Assembly (NCBI RefSeq): GCF_001194135.2
Contig: NC_068984.1
Location: 95,413,130 to 95,477,129, forward strand
Source: Octopus bimaculoides
Lineage: Eukaryota
Reading direction: 5' to 3'
Length of the DNA: 64,000 bases
In this document: piece by piece, positions 1 through 11,942 of the stretch
Numbering within the stretch: position 1 is the stretch's first letter
Layout: every line of letters starts with the position of its first letter
Notes under the pieces: model-generated
Database searches by the model: none
What the model was told of the DNA's origin: nothing
The model's input: the letters and a program-made list of their open reading frames with translations, nothing else
Translations under genes and position numbers: made by a program

Positions 1-2154
1 ATCACCCTCAAATTTGAGAAACAAACACTCATAACTTTTTCTTTTAAAACTTCATTGCATGAAGTTGATACCATGAAATTCCTCAAATTGAGCTCTATCA
101 TTTAAGCTTAATTAAAATATAGTTTGTTTTTAAAATAAAAAAAGTTAATTATACTTAAATCTAATTTTTTGCCTTACATATATTTTTTTTCATGATATTT
201 TACCTCACAACATTTTTGATACAATTTTTTGTTGCATATAAAATTCTTCATGCTTTCTTCTATCATTGAAGCTAAGATAAATGTATCTTGCTTTTAAAAT
301 AAAAAAAAGTTATTTAGATCTAATCTTGATTGGAGGTGTTACTCCTATAACGTTGTTACAAATTTTGATGTAAACTTTTTTCTATTGGACCAAATTTCAA
401 TTTTTTTCACCAAAATGTATGTAGGGACTAAAATGTTAACAGTTTTCAATTTGGTTAAGAGCTGAATTAGCGACAAAGCTCTGAAGATGCTGCATGTGAG
501 TATATTGTGGCCTTAAGAATATTCAACTACTACTGTAGTTGAATGATATACACACATACACACGCAGATACTTACATCCATATATATGTGGAATGTTAAT
601 GAGTGGTGAGGTATAATTCCAGAAAAGACTCGTCCAATTCCTATGCAAGCATGGACATACAGATATACAGTGTAATATAAAAATGTAAGAAAAGTTTGTT
701 AGAATGCTGTTTCAATCAATCTTTTAGATGTTAACACTATCAATAGTACAACTGTTGAAAACAGTTCTGTAAGGATCTAGTGCAATACACATATGAAATA
801 TTTTTAGCCTGAAAGAATCCATAAAATATTTTAGTTGTACTAATTTGGATAAATAAGAAACGATCCACGAATATTTCCTTGCTAAGATTGATATACTTTT
901 TTAAAATCATTAAGAACTCTTGACAAAATTTTTTAACTATCTTGTAGATGTATATGCACGCGCACTCCCCCCTCCCCACGGAGTAATACTCATGTCATCA
1001 AAATATACCAACAGTTTTTCTTAAACAAATACAATTTGTTTCAACTTAAATCTTCTATTAACTATTTGGGAATATACCAGAACTATAAGAACTGACAGTG
1101 ATATGAATAAAGCTTTTGGATGTTCTTGGCCATGTTAGAACATGCAATACCATATGAACACGCATCAGTTCTCTATAGCAATGTCACAACCACTGGGAAA
1201 AATAGAACAAATTTAGTTTGAAAGTAAATTCTCTCAAGAAGTATAATCATTGATCATTCTACATCAATACTTCCACTTTAAAAAGAAAATAGAAAATAGC
1301 AACATCCTCTGTAGCCTCTTACAGCAGGCTTGGCCTATAATTAGTTGCTGTTTTCTTTTGACCTATGTCCAGCTTGCATCAGATTACATCAATTATGTTG
1401 TTGAGCACTTCTTGTTGCCTACAATGGATTGATGAAAGCTATTCTTTATCTCTCTATTTGCTTTAACTGACTTCTGTTGTTGATGTGTATAGCTGGTTCT
1501 GACTAAACTGGTTTTTGTTTTTCACTCAGTCAGAGGGTTTTCCATGTTACTTTCCATAACATAAACTGCAGCACTATATCCTCATCAGATAATGATTCAA
1601 ATATCTTACTAAGCTCATAAGTAAACACAAGTGAGGAAAGAAAAGCTTGTGGGATCAAAAGTGATACAGAGTGAACTGAATTAAGTCCTGCTATAATTGA
1701 TTTTCTAGTTGATCACTCAACAGTTGACAACATATGTACCAGTAATACACGAATGTCAATAAACTATGCCTAATCAAGAATCATTGAGAATAAAAAAACA
1801 CTTTTATGTTGGTTGATTGTAGCATTAATCCATGTTAACTGGATACAATAACTGAGGAAGATAGTGTACCAATAGTGGTAGCATTGGACTCCAGGTAATT
1901 AGATGTGTAGCAAGAATGCTGACACAAACACATCAATGTTTCTTGAAATGAAATGAAAAACCTCACAAAATCTCTTTTCAAAATGTCACACTATTTTGAA
2001 AACAGAAAAATAACCAAGCTAAAAGTTAAGGATAAATAATTGGTAGTTTGTTGTGTAGAGGGGGAGATGACAAAGGAGTGGGTGGGTGGGCAAAGACTGA
2101 ATAAGAACTTAAAAAACTTGAGTTTACAAGAAGAAAATACCTCGCATCACTTAC

Positions 2155-2169
2155 CTGAGAGCACAAAAT
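2155..2169 (-). CDS. LPIN: Candidate 15-nt lipin micro-exon (adds R-F-C-A-L), or recursive splice site
   Basis: tccatttcccactaattatAG|ATTTTGTGCTCTCAG|gtaagt. Perfect donor, phase 2/2, in frame with exon 5, no stop. No homology or transcript support available. Confidence 0.45.
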
Positions 2170-3222
2170 CTATAATTAGTGGGAAATGGAGAATTTAATA
2201 TTGGTAGAGAAGAAATAGGAGCTGAATAATTTTTATAAATAAATAAGAGAAGCAAATGAATGAATAACCAAAATACAGCCAAAGCTAAAACAAGCAGCAT
2301 AAACAGTCTGAGATTTTGTGCATTTTTTAAACTTGTTATATAGAGCTGGTGCAGACAGACATATGAATTGCAATAAATCAAATTCTTGTAGCAAACAGGT
2401 GATAGGAAGAGAAGAAAGTCACTCATTTGGAATGTTTGGAGTGTTGTTTTGGTTGGCTGTATGGTAAGTGTAGGGGACAAGGCAGTGAAAACAATAGTTT
2501 TAGGTCCCCAGCACATGCGCTCTTAGCATGCCACAAAGTGAATAGGGGTTCAATTAAGATGTTTATTCCTGCCATATAAAGGAAGATAAAATTTTAAGAT
2601 TGATTTTGTTTAGTAACAGTAATAAGTTCTTTTGAAGGTACCAAAATACCTGTAGACACTCAGAGTTACAACTGAAACCATAATGATGCACTAAAGAAGT
2701 ATTATGAAAGAGGTGCCTTGAAATTTAAGAGCTTGTGTTTTAGGAAATTCAGGTAATATAGTTTTATTATTCATTATCAAATGAATAATAATAGTAAAAG
2801 AATACTTTGGATGCAAATTTTTATTTAACTAAATCATAAATATACTCAATAGTATGAGTGTCATTTATTTCGGAGAATAAAAAATTCCAGGACCTGAACA
2901 TTGGTGAAGAAATAAATTTTGACAGATCTTATGTTAGCCTCATTTGAAAACAGATTTAAGGACAGACAATAAATGCTTTCAAAGAAAAAAAAAAAAAAAA
3001 AAAAAAAACTTTTAAGATTTATGGACAGGCAAAACTGTGAATTACAGAGAGAGTTAGTGAAGTAAGTGAAGCAGTTTCAACTAAGGCACAAAATCAAATT
3101 TTGATTTCAGCTTTCTGAGAATTTTTTCATGTTACTAATAATATAATTTAAATAAAGAGAAAGTTATTCAGTTGAAAGAGATGTTTAAGAAAGAGGAAAA
3201 GAAAATAAGATGAAATACTAAC

Positions 3223-3373
3223 CTTTTAGGGAAATATTTAGCAATTTCAGGATCATCTAATTTATTGATTTCATCCAAGTATATCCCTTCAGGCTTATCA
3301 GAAGTTTGTGATTTAGGTTTGCTACTCATAAATCCAAAAATTCCACCTGCTGCTTCTTCTCCTCGTTTTGCAT
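3223..3373 (-). CDS. LPIN: Lipin coding exon 5
   Basis: atatgtAG|AT-AKRGEEAAGG...EGIYLDEINKLDDPEIAKYFPK-AG|gttagt. Phase 1/2. Contains the lipin G.YLD....DPE....YFPK motif. Confidence 0.92.
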
Positions 3374-3637
3374 CTACATATATCAAAGCACATTTAGGTA
3401 GGTTTTAATAAACAAATATTTCATCACAATACTGTTTGCAATTGAGAAATTAATAGATTTTATATTGTCACTAAGACACTGTAAATGTATCTATAAATAT
3501 AGTAAGTAGATACATTTTTTATATTTCTCTATTAATTTTGTATAACATCCAGAATAGGCTGTTGCATAACATTCCTTAAATGTGAACATATGATGGTGTT
3601 TTGTATGAAATCTTGTAGATAAAACTATTAAACATAC

Positions 3638-3801
3638 CAGCTGTAATTGTGTTTGCTCCAGGAGATGCTGTTCCTCCAGATTCACTAAGTTTTGGTAAAT
3701 CTCCCCATTCCCAAGTAGGCTCATCTCCTGAAAGGACTTCTGTGGAGCTTCTTTCCATCTCTGTGTCACTTTTTGTTTCTTTGATATTTTCTTCGTGAGG
3801 T
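3638..3801 (-). CDS. LPIN: Lipin coding exon 4
   Basis: tctttgtAG|A-PHEENIK...EPTWEWGDLP...TITA-G|gtatgt. Phase 2/1, consistent with both neighbours. Contains the WxWGxLP motif. Confidence 0.9.
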
Positions 3802-4837
3802 CTACAAAGACCAGACAACAATTAAACTAAAGTACTATAAGCTTAAACAATATCATTTAAATTATTTCTTAGTGTCTAAAGAAGTTTTAAAAATTAAATC
3901 TTTTTAAACAAATTTTATTAGAGTAAACTTCTTACATATATCACAATAATTTTTTAATGGACAAAATATAGTGTTTCTAAATAATTATAATCCTTCTTTT
4001 TTTTTACCTATGTTATTGCATAAATTCTAAGGGCATGCATTTTACAATTAGATGCACTAGTCAATATATTTACACTGGTATCATATGAACTCTGAACAAT
4101 GAAAATTTGCATTTATTTTATCTCTTTTTATCTACTTATTTTACTTTTATCATATGTACAGCTGGGGTCACAAAAAAGACACTCCTTCCAACAGTACTAC
4201 TTTGTTATTCTCCCCACAACGATAAATCTGTTGTTCTTATCAGAATCCACTCTTTCATCCTCTTAATATCATCCTCTCTCTCATTTCTTCTTTTAGTGTG
4301 GTGATTTGTTTTAGTCTGGCCAGTCAAAACTTCACTAGTTCTGGTACTACAAAAAAAAAAAAAAATCCACTGCAGCTGGTGTTAGGAATGACATCCAGAC
4401 ACAGACAATATGCCAAAACTGAGACTTTGAAGCATGATAAATCCTGTCAAACTACCCATGCTTGCATGAAAGGTGAATGTAATATGATAATTAGACTGTT
4501 TGAGCTGGTCCCTATTTTTTTCAAAGGTACTGTGTTATCCTTCAGTGAATGTATCTTTGCTTCCATATATGTTGCATAATCTAATTCCTTTTCAGGAATG
4601 AAAAGATATTTTTAGTTTAGATAATCATACAAATTTGACATGTGCTTTGAATTTGTTGTCACCAGCCACAGAAACAAATTATATAGTGCTCTCATTGGCC
4701 AGTGGTGAAATGTACCTTGTCAATGTTACCTATTTACAGTTAACTATTCAAAAGTGAAAATGCTTGTCAGAGATACAGCAATAAAACATTTCAATTAACT
4801 TGATAAGCTCTAAAATGTAGAAAACAGAATTACTTAC

Positions 4838-5313
4838 TCAACATGTACCAAAGCCTCACTATCACTAAAAGGATGGGAGAATTGGTATTGCATGCTTGCC
4901 CAGTTGTCTGTGCGGTTCATTTTATCTTCAATTGTGATGTCTTTTAAAGATTGATTTAATCCTAAACAGTCTTCATCAGTGGATACATCCTCCATTTCAA
5001 ATATATCCTCTTCTCGACGCAGTTTTTTGTCGACATTAGCTGACTTTGTAACAGTTTTACGACGCATATTTTTGCGTTTTTTTCTCTTTCTTGTCAGACC
5101 ATGACCTTCACTCTCACTTGTGCCTCCTTCAGGAGAGCTTTCTGGTCCACTAGTTGTTGATGTTTGGCCAAGTGGACTGACAGAGATATCTGTAAGGTTA
5201 TGAGAATCTTGGTCAGTTTGTCTTTCACTGGACTGTAACAACGTCTTCAGTCCTTGCTCCATTAATTCAGCCCCATTTGATTGGATTGGAGATGTTGCTA
5301 GATAAGGAGGGAA
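4838..5313 (-). CDS. LPIN: Lipin coding exon 3 (includes polybasic NLS)
   Basis: gtttttcAG|FPPYLATSP...TRKRKKRKNMRRK...HPFSDSEALVHV-GA|gtaagt. 476 nt, phase 0/2. The LATSP motif, basic stretch and HPFSD motif are typical of lipins. Confidence 0.93.
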
Positions 5314-8300
5314 CTGAAAAACAAATAAACAATAAACATTAAACAAGCACCTTGATAAGTTATGATTGTTTATATAGTTATTGTCACTTTATATAATTAC
5401 TCTTGCATTACATTTATTTCTCTATTCTTTCATGCATAGAATGATTTTGACAAATTTCAATGTTTATGGGGGAGTAAGAACAAGCTTTGTTTTTCTTCAC
5501 AGCTGGATAATTTCCCTTCTGCTAATTCTTCCTGTCTGAAATTGGAATGCTACTCATTTCTCAGGTGGGGGTGAACCAAAGTAAGCAGTTTGTTGAGTGT
5601 CACTCTGTGAAAAAGCTTAAATCACCAGTTTCTCCCACACCTAATAGTAACCAAACTAATGGATATCCAACAAATTCTCTTGGATTTACTATTAACATTG
5701 TTGCTAACACAGAACCTCATCAGTTTCCTGAACAATATTTAAGGAGACCATAAACAGTCTGTAGCAGTTTATTAATAAGTAAGATGCGTGGTGTAACAGA
5801 TTTTCTTTTAGTAATGTCATTTTCCAAATTGCATTTTAAGCCCACATTAAATTATAACACCTGAAGTGTTCCCTTAACTAAACTTTCTATTATTGTCTAC
5901 TATCAACTCAGCTGTAAAAATAATTCCTCCACCCATGCAAGTATTGGTGTAAAACAGCTAAAAACCTTTTATTTTTACAAAACATTAATTTTGTAAAATC
6001 AACAACACTTAATGCAAATCGAAACACTTTGTACATGATATATGTTTAATCAATACCAACTATTTTTCTACCATTCTGGCTCCACAATTTATTATTTCTA
6101 CCCAACTAGATCTTCTAAATATAGCAAATTCTCAAGCTCAAATAGTATTTTCATATTTAAATCTACTGTTCTGTCCTACCTCCTACAATACAACTACTTC
6201 TCTTGAGAGTAACCACTGGTGTAATCTCCAATAGACAATTGGCAATCAAATAATGTCAAATATCATCATCTTAGTCTTAATGTCCACTTTTCCATGCTTG
6301 CATAAGTCAGCTGGAATTTGTTGAGGCAGAATGTCTATGGCCAGACACTCTTCCTGTTGCTAATCTCCATCTGTTCCCTGCTAGGTCTTTGAACATGCAC
6401 AGCATAATGTTTTCAGAAAAGATTGCAAACAAATGATACTTCTTTTGTTTTCAGAAAAGATTGAAGACAAATGACACTTCTTGTGTTTTGTATACAATTA
6501 GTGTATGATGTTAAAATAAAATCATACACACACAGACACACACACATATATGATGGGTTTCCCTTACCTTCTGTCCATCAAATCCACAATCCACACATAA
6601 AGCTATTATTAGTAAAGGGCTATAGTAGAGGACATTTCCCAAGGTGTTGCACAGTGGGACTGAACCCAAAATCACATAGTTGCAAAACAAACTTCTTAAC
6701 TACACAGATATGCCTGTGCTATATCAAAATGTAATTATTATTTAATTCAAAGAAGAAATGCCATCACAATCCTGCTTATGATCAATCTTCACCTTAATGT
6801 CTCTCCTTCACCACACTAATTTGCAATCTCCAACAATCTTTTAAAAGAGTATTAAACTGAACATGATTAAGCTACATGAAGAATAATTATCTTTTTAAAA
6901 TAAAGAAATACTTCACTCCTAAGCAGTTGTTGAACCCACACATCACACACCAAAAACAAAGAACAGGACCAGAACAAATATTGAACCTTGATCAAAAAAA
7001 TTTTAGATGTTAGCTTTGCTGTTACCAATACACTTTCCTGCATGTCTTCTTAGATTTTAGTGCAGAGTCTGATGTGCTCAGCCTTAGCCTTTCTCATGCT
7101 GTATCAAACATCAGTCCAACCAGGTCTGCCATATCTGCATTCAAGCTATCATTTGTTTGGTGTCACAACAAATCTTTTTGTTGCTTTTCATCTAACTTTT
7201 TATATATCTTTGCCAGTATAACTATTAGTTCTTTCTGTACTGTTGTTCATCTGATTATTTCTCTATCAATGATTCAATCCCTTTATGTAACATGCAGGAT
7301 ACTGCACCAATACCTTTGATGGAATGATTTTTGTGTTTTCACATCCCTGTCATTTTGAATAGTAGACTTTGATTTTAGTTTTTATACTGATGTTTTTAAG
7401 CTTTCAAAGTTTGGTAACTACCAAATACTCCCCCATCTTTTCTAAATTTGATGCTGATTTCCCTGCCTCTATCCTCACATACTGTACAGCTCAAATACAT
7501 CAAATAGAATTAATATTTATCCCCACTTAAATGTGGATGTTCTGTTAGAACAAATTATACTGCAGTAGATACCATGAGAGAAACTCATCTTGGCTTTTGG
7601 TGCAAAATGCATTCTTGTTTATATCACTATAAACAAGATAAATCCCCACCACCTTCAGTGCTGAAACCACCAGATCATGAGATTTCAACCTTCCTTGGTC
7701 TTGTCAATGATGGACGCTTGACTGCTAGTCTTCGTTGACTGTCATTGTCATACTGTCTTGACATTGGACATTCATAGTTTTGCATTTTTCTGCATTAAAA
7801 AATAAATTGACATCCCCTATTATGGTCTTTACAGATGTTGTACATGATTATAAATTTTCTTCATGTCTTCCTACTAACACAAGAACAATGGCAAAATCCA
7901 CCTCCTATAACACTGTGTATGTTATTGCAATGAGTCCATATCCTTCTTGATCAACTTGTTGTGCTAATCAATCAAACTCTGCTTCAATATTCAGGGTTAT
8001 AGTACATACTTCCTGAACTATGTTGAGGTAATTGTTCCAATGCCTGGGAAACGCTAATGACAAAGAAAATTTACTGAATGTACTTAGTTTATTTTTATCT
8101 GTAAAGTTCCTTTCTTTAAACCTGAACAACACATTACAGATACTTTCATTTCAAGGAGTACTGCTCTATTGAACAATCTCTTCTTATATGTTCTCAAAAT
8201 GCAAATATTAAAATAAATTCTTCCAGTATCACTTGCCCCCCATGTTTTAGTATTAAAACCTGCTGTGTGTGTGTGTGTGTGTGTGTNNNNNNNNNNNNNN

Positions 8301-8587
8301 NNNNNNNNNNNNNNNNNNNNNNNNNNNNNNNNNNNNNNNNNNNNNNNNNNNNNNNNNNNNNNNNNNNNNNNNNNNNNNNNNNNNNNNNNNNNNNNNNNNN
8401 NNNNNNNNNNNNNNNNNNNNNNNNNNNNNNNNNNNNNNNNNNNNNNNNNNNNNNNNNNNNNNNNNNNNNNNNNNNNNNNNNNNNNNNNNNNNNNNNNNNN
8501 NNNNNNNNNNNNNNNNNNNNNNNNNNNNNNNNNNNNNNNNNNNNNNNNNNNNNNNNNNNNNNNNNNNNNNNNNNNNNNNNNNNNNNN

Positions 8588-8641
<54 letters not shown>

Positions 8642-8696
8642 AAGGGAGAATGATTCATAGAAAATGATAAATAAAAGAAAAAGAAAAATTGCTTAC

Positions 8697-8795
8697 TTCT
8701 GTTGGTTCATCTACTTCCTGGACAAAAAAAGCTTCACCAGCTTCACCTAGTTTCATATGGAGATCACTGGGTTTGCCATTGATAGTGATGTCCAC
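8697..8795 (-). CDS. LPIN: Lipin coding exon 2 (end of N-LIP)
   Basis: ttttAG|[33 protein letters not shown]|gtaagc. 99 nt, phase 0/0. Matches the lipin VDI.ING....LHMKLG..GEAFFV motif. Not in the supplied ORF track; read directly from the sequence. Confidence 0.96.
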
Positions 8796-10985
8796 CTAAA
8801 AACGTACATAGACATTTATGTGGATATGTCTCTTTGCAGTAGGAAGGTGGAAATAACAAAATATTTCTTTGTAAAGGTATTTACAGTTAGGAAGAAACCA
8901 TTAAATATTGTAAACATAGTTCAATATGCACTTCAATATAAATTACAAACATTTAACCCCTTCACAGGATAGGAGGGGTTAAATCATCATCAAAAAATTC
9001 TAAAATTATGTGATTCTCCACTGTGAATGCATGATGACTAGTCATGAACATGTGTGTAGTTAGATAAACTGCGATTTGACCCCACATAAAAGAACACATG
9101 TATAACACAATAAAAACATCACAGAGAACAGCTAGAATTGAGCACCTTCCTCTTATAAGTAACAAAACTGGAGTACAAACACAACTCTGAAAAATCCCTG
9201 GATATAATTGATTCTAGCTGCTATGGACATTATTACATGAAGGATGAAAATAATTGGGATTGTTATCAGTCTGTACATAAATTGCGATTTAAATTACTTC
9301 CACTTCTACCTCTCTCACACTTTGTCTACACAACTAGGACAACAAAAATAAAATGAAAACCTGGTGAAGTGCTTTCATATATCTTCCTTAACATTCTCTT
9401 TGCAAAAATATTTCCTCTTTTCATAACAATAAGGAATCTTCAGAATTTTTCGGCGAACATTCAGGGCTGTACAATTTTTTCTAAGGTTGACCTCATACGT
9501 GCTTATCATCAAATACCGGTCAACCCAGCCGATGTTCCTAAAACGGCAATTACCACTCCTTTTGGTTGTTTCGAATTTTTATACATGAGTTTTGGTTTGT
9601 GGAACGCCACTAGTACGTTCCAACATTTTATAGATGAAGTTGTTCGCAGACTTGATTTTGTTTTCGCTTATGTCGATGATATCTTCATTGCAAGTGATAC
9701 GCATGAAAATCATCTCCAGCACTTGTCTCAGTTTTTTCAGCGTCTTCGCGACTATGGTGTTCGCATTAATCCATACAAGTGTGTTTTCGGGCAATCTTCT
9801 CTTGACTTTCTTGGTCATCGTATTGATTTGAGTGGAATCAAACCTCGCTCATCTAAAGTCGATGCAATTCAGCGCATCGCACCTCCTTCTTCTTTGTGTC
9901 AACTTTGCCATTTTTTGGGTATTGTTAATTTCTATCAACGCTTCATAAACCGGTGTGCGGACAAGCTGCTTCCTTTAAAGCAGCTGCTAAAGGGCAATTC
10001 TAAAAAGGACGCCCATCTTACTCTTTCAGCTGAAGCATTGTCTGCTGTTGAGTCAGTAAAAAAGGAACTAGCTTCAGTTCCTGTTCTAGCACATCCGGCT
10101 CCTGATGCTCAGCTTTCTTTATCTGTGGATGCATCAGATTCTGTGGTTGGTGCTGTTTTGCAGCACACCGTAAATAATCAGACGAAACCTTTGGCTTTCT
10201 TTTCGTGCAAATTGCAGCCTGCCGAATGCAGATATAGCACTTTTGATTGTGACTATTAGCAATCTATCTGTCGGTTCGGCATTTTCAGCACCAGCTCGAG
10301 GGACGGGAGTTTGTGATTTATAGTATAAAGCCCCTTACGTTTGCCCTATCTTCTAAAATGGACAAACTCTCCCCTTGTGCTTTCCGTCACCTGGACTATA
10401 TTTCTCAGTTTTCAAGTGACATTCGACATATGCCAGGGAAGGAGAACGTCTCAGCTGATGCTCTCTCTAGGCTCCCTGTCAATTCCATTTCCTCTCCTGC
10501 AGCAATTGACTTCATTGCTATTTCGCAGGATCAACCACCTTTAGCGGAGTTGGATTTAACTTCGTCCAAGTTTATCTATTGTAAGTTTGCCTACCTTCTG
10601 CTTCCTTCAGCTTAAGGCTCTATTCTTTGTGACATCTCCACCGGTTCTCCTAGGCCATTAGTACCTGAGAACCATCAACGTTCTGTTTTTGATGCCCTTC
10701 ATTCATTGTCACATCCGGGCATCTCTGCCACAGTAAAGCTTGTTAGTGCTCGGTTCTTCTGGCCCAATATGCAGCGATTGATTACCTTTTGGGCACGCTC
10801 TTGTTTGAAGTGCCAGAGTGCTAAAGTCCATAGACACGTTCGTGCTTCACTTGGACAGTTTTCTTTCGCCATGTCCACCTTGATTTGGTTGGATCATGAC
10901 ATGTGAGTCGCGATTTCTCATATATTTTAACTTGTGTCGATTGTTTATCCCGTTGGCCGGAAGCCATTCCTATAGCAGACATTTC

Positions 10986-11526
10986 AGATCTTTTTTAAAA
11001 CGGGGGCCACATTTTTCATTAATGTTTTACGTAGTGTTTTTGGTACCAAAAGACTTTCAAACTTCGTATACTTCTCTATTTTGTGTTATAGAACAGAAAA
11101 ATATTTTTGTATTCAAATTTATTTCATGTAAAAAATTGTCTTATTTTGATAATTTCAACCAATCACTGACAAGTATTCAGTTGTTTACATTTACTCCTTT
11201 GGCTGATTAAGCCATAGCTTTGTTTTATTTGCTTTTTTCTTTTTAAATTTGCTGTTTTACCCTAACCCTAACCCTATCACCGATAGAATTGTTTCAGAAT
11301 CGTTTGTTTATGTAGTCAGCACTTAATGTATATCGGCTGAATGGACGTCAGTGATTGGTTGAAATTACAGAAATACGACAACTTCAACATGGAATAACTT
11401 AGGGATTTCTTTATTTTTTAAGAAGACTAAGAGAAAAAGATGTTTTATATGACACATTCTACCAGTGTTCCAAGTTTCAAAGTGTTTTATTAATGAAAAA
11501 TGTGGCCCCCGTTTTAAAAAAGATCC
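10986..11526. mobile_element. Non-autonomous DNA transposon (MITE) inserted in the Gypsy integrase
   Basis: 38-bp TIRs, 37/38 identical ((a/g)gatcttttttaaaacgggggccacatttttcattaat). 8-bp TSD gacatttc at 10978-10985 and 11527-11534. Removal restores the integrase peptide PIADISAETVAK. Confidence 0.92.
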
Positions 11527-11771
11527 GACATTTCTGCTGAAACTGTCGCAAAAGCCTTTGTGTCTAGCTGAATTTCTAGGTTCGGTGTACCGTCCAATTT
11601 TAACCACAGATCGTGGTTGACAATTTGAAGCTGTTTTATTTCGTGAGTTATCACGAATCCTAGGGGTGCATCATATACGCACCACTAGTTACCATCCCGC
11701 TTCTAATGGGATGGTGGAGTGTTTCTACAGGCAACTTAAGGCCACGTTGTGTGCCTTGTCGAATCCACAGT

Positions 11772-11942
11772 TCATCATCATCATCATCGTTTAACGTCCG
11801 CTTTCCATGCTAGCATGGGTTGGACGATTTGACTGGTGAACCAGGTGGCTACACCAGGCTCCAATCTGATCTGGCAGAGTTTCTACAGCTGGATGCCCTT
11901 CCTAATGCCAACCACTCAGAGTGTAGTGGGTGCTTTTACGTG
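11772..11942 (-). mobile_element. RTE-3'-tail short retroelement inserted in the Gypsy integrase
   Basis: Carries the ccaacccatgctagcatggaaagcggacgttaaacg(atg)n tail shared with the RTE ends at 20720-20875, 49890-50055 and 58131. Confidence 0.85.

Noticed and set aside
1380-1430. Possible next lipin exon (tgtAG|G-QQEVLNNIID)
   Set aside because: No convincing donor before an in-frame stop and no recognisable lipin motif.
2151-2516. 121-aa minus-strand ORF as a lipin exon
   Set aside because: No lipin motifs and AT-rich intron-like composition. Only the last 15 nt have matching splice signals.
6900-8060. Possible decayed DNA transposon in the lipin intron
   Set aside because: Composition looks coding-derived, but I could not identify any diagnostic motif or termini.
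8194-8660. Long ORFs full of X here and at 18701-19204, 36930-37297, 48230-49132, 50091-50663 and 52488-53367
   Set aside because: Artefacts of N gaps flanked by microsatellites.
11255-11280. Interstitial telomere
   Set aside because: Fewer than 3 units and internal to a TIR element.
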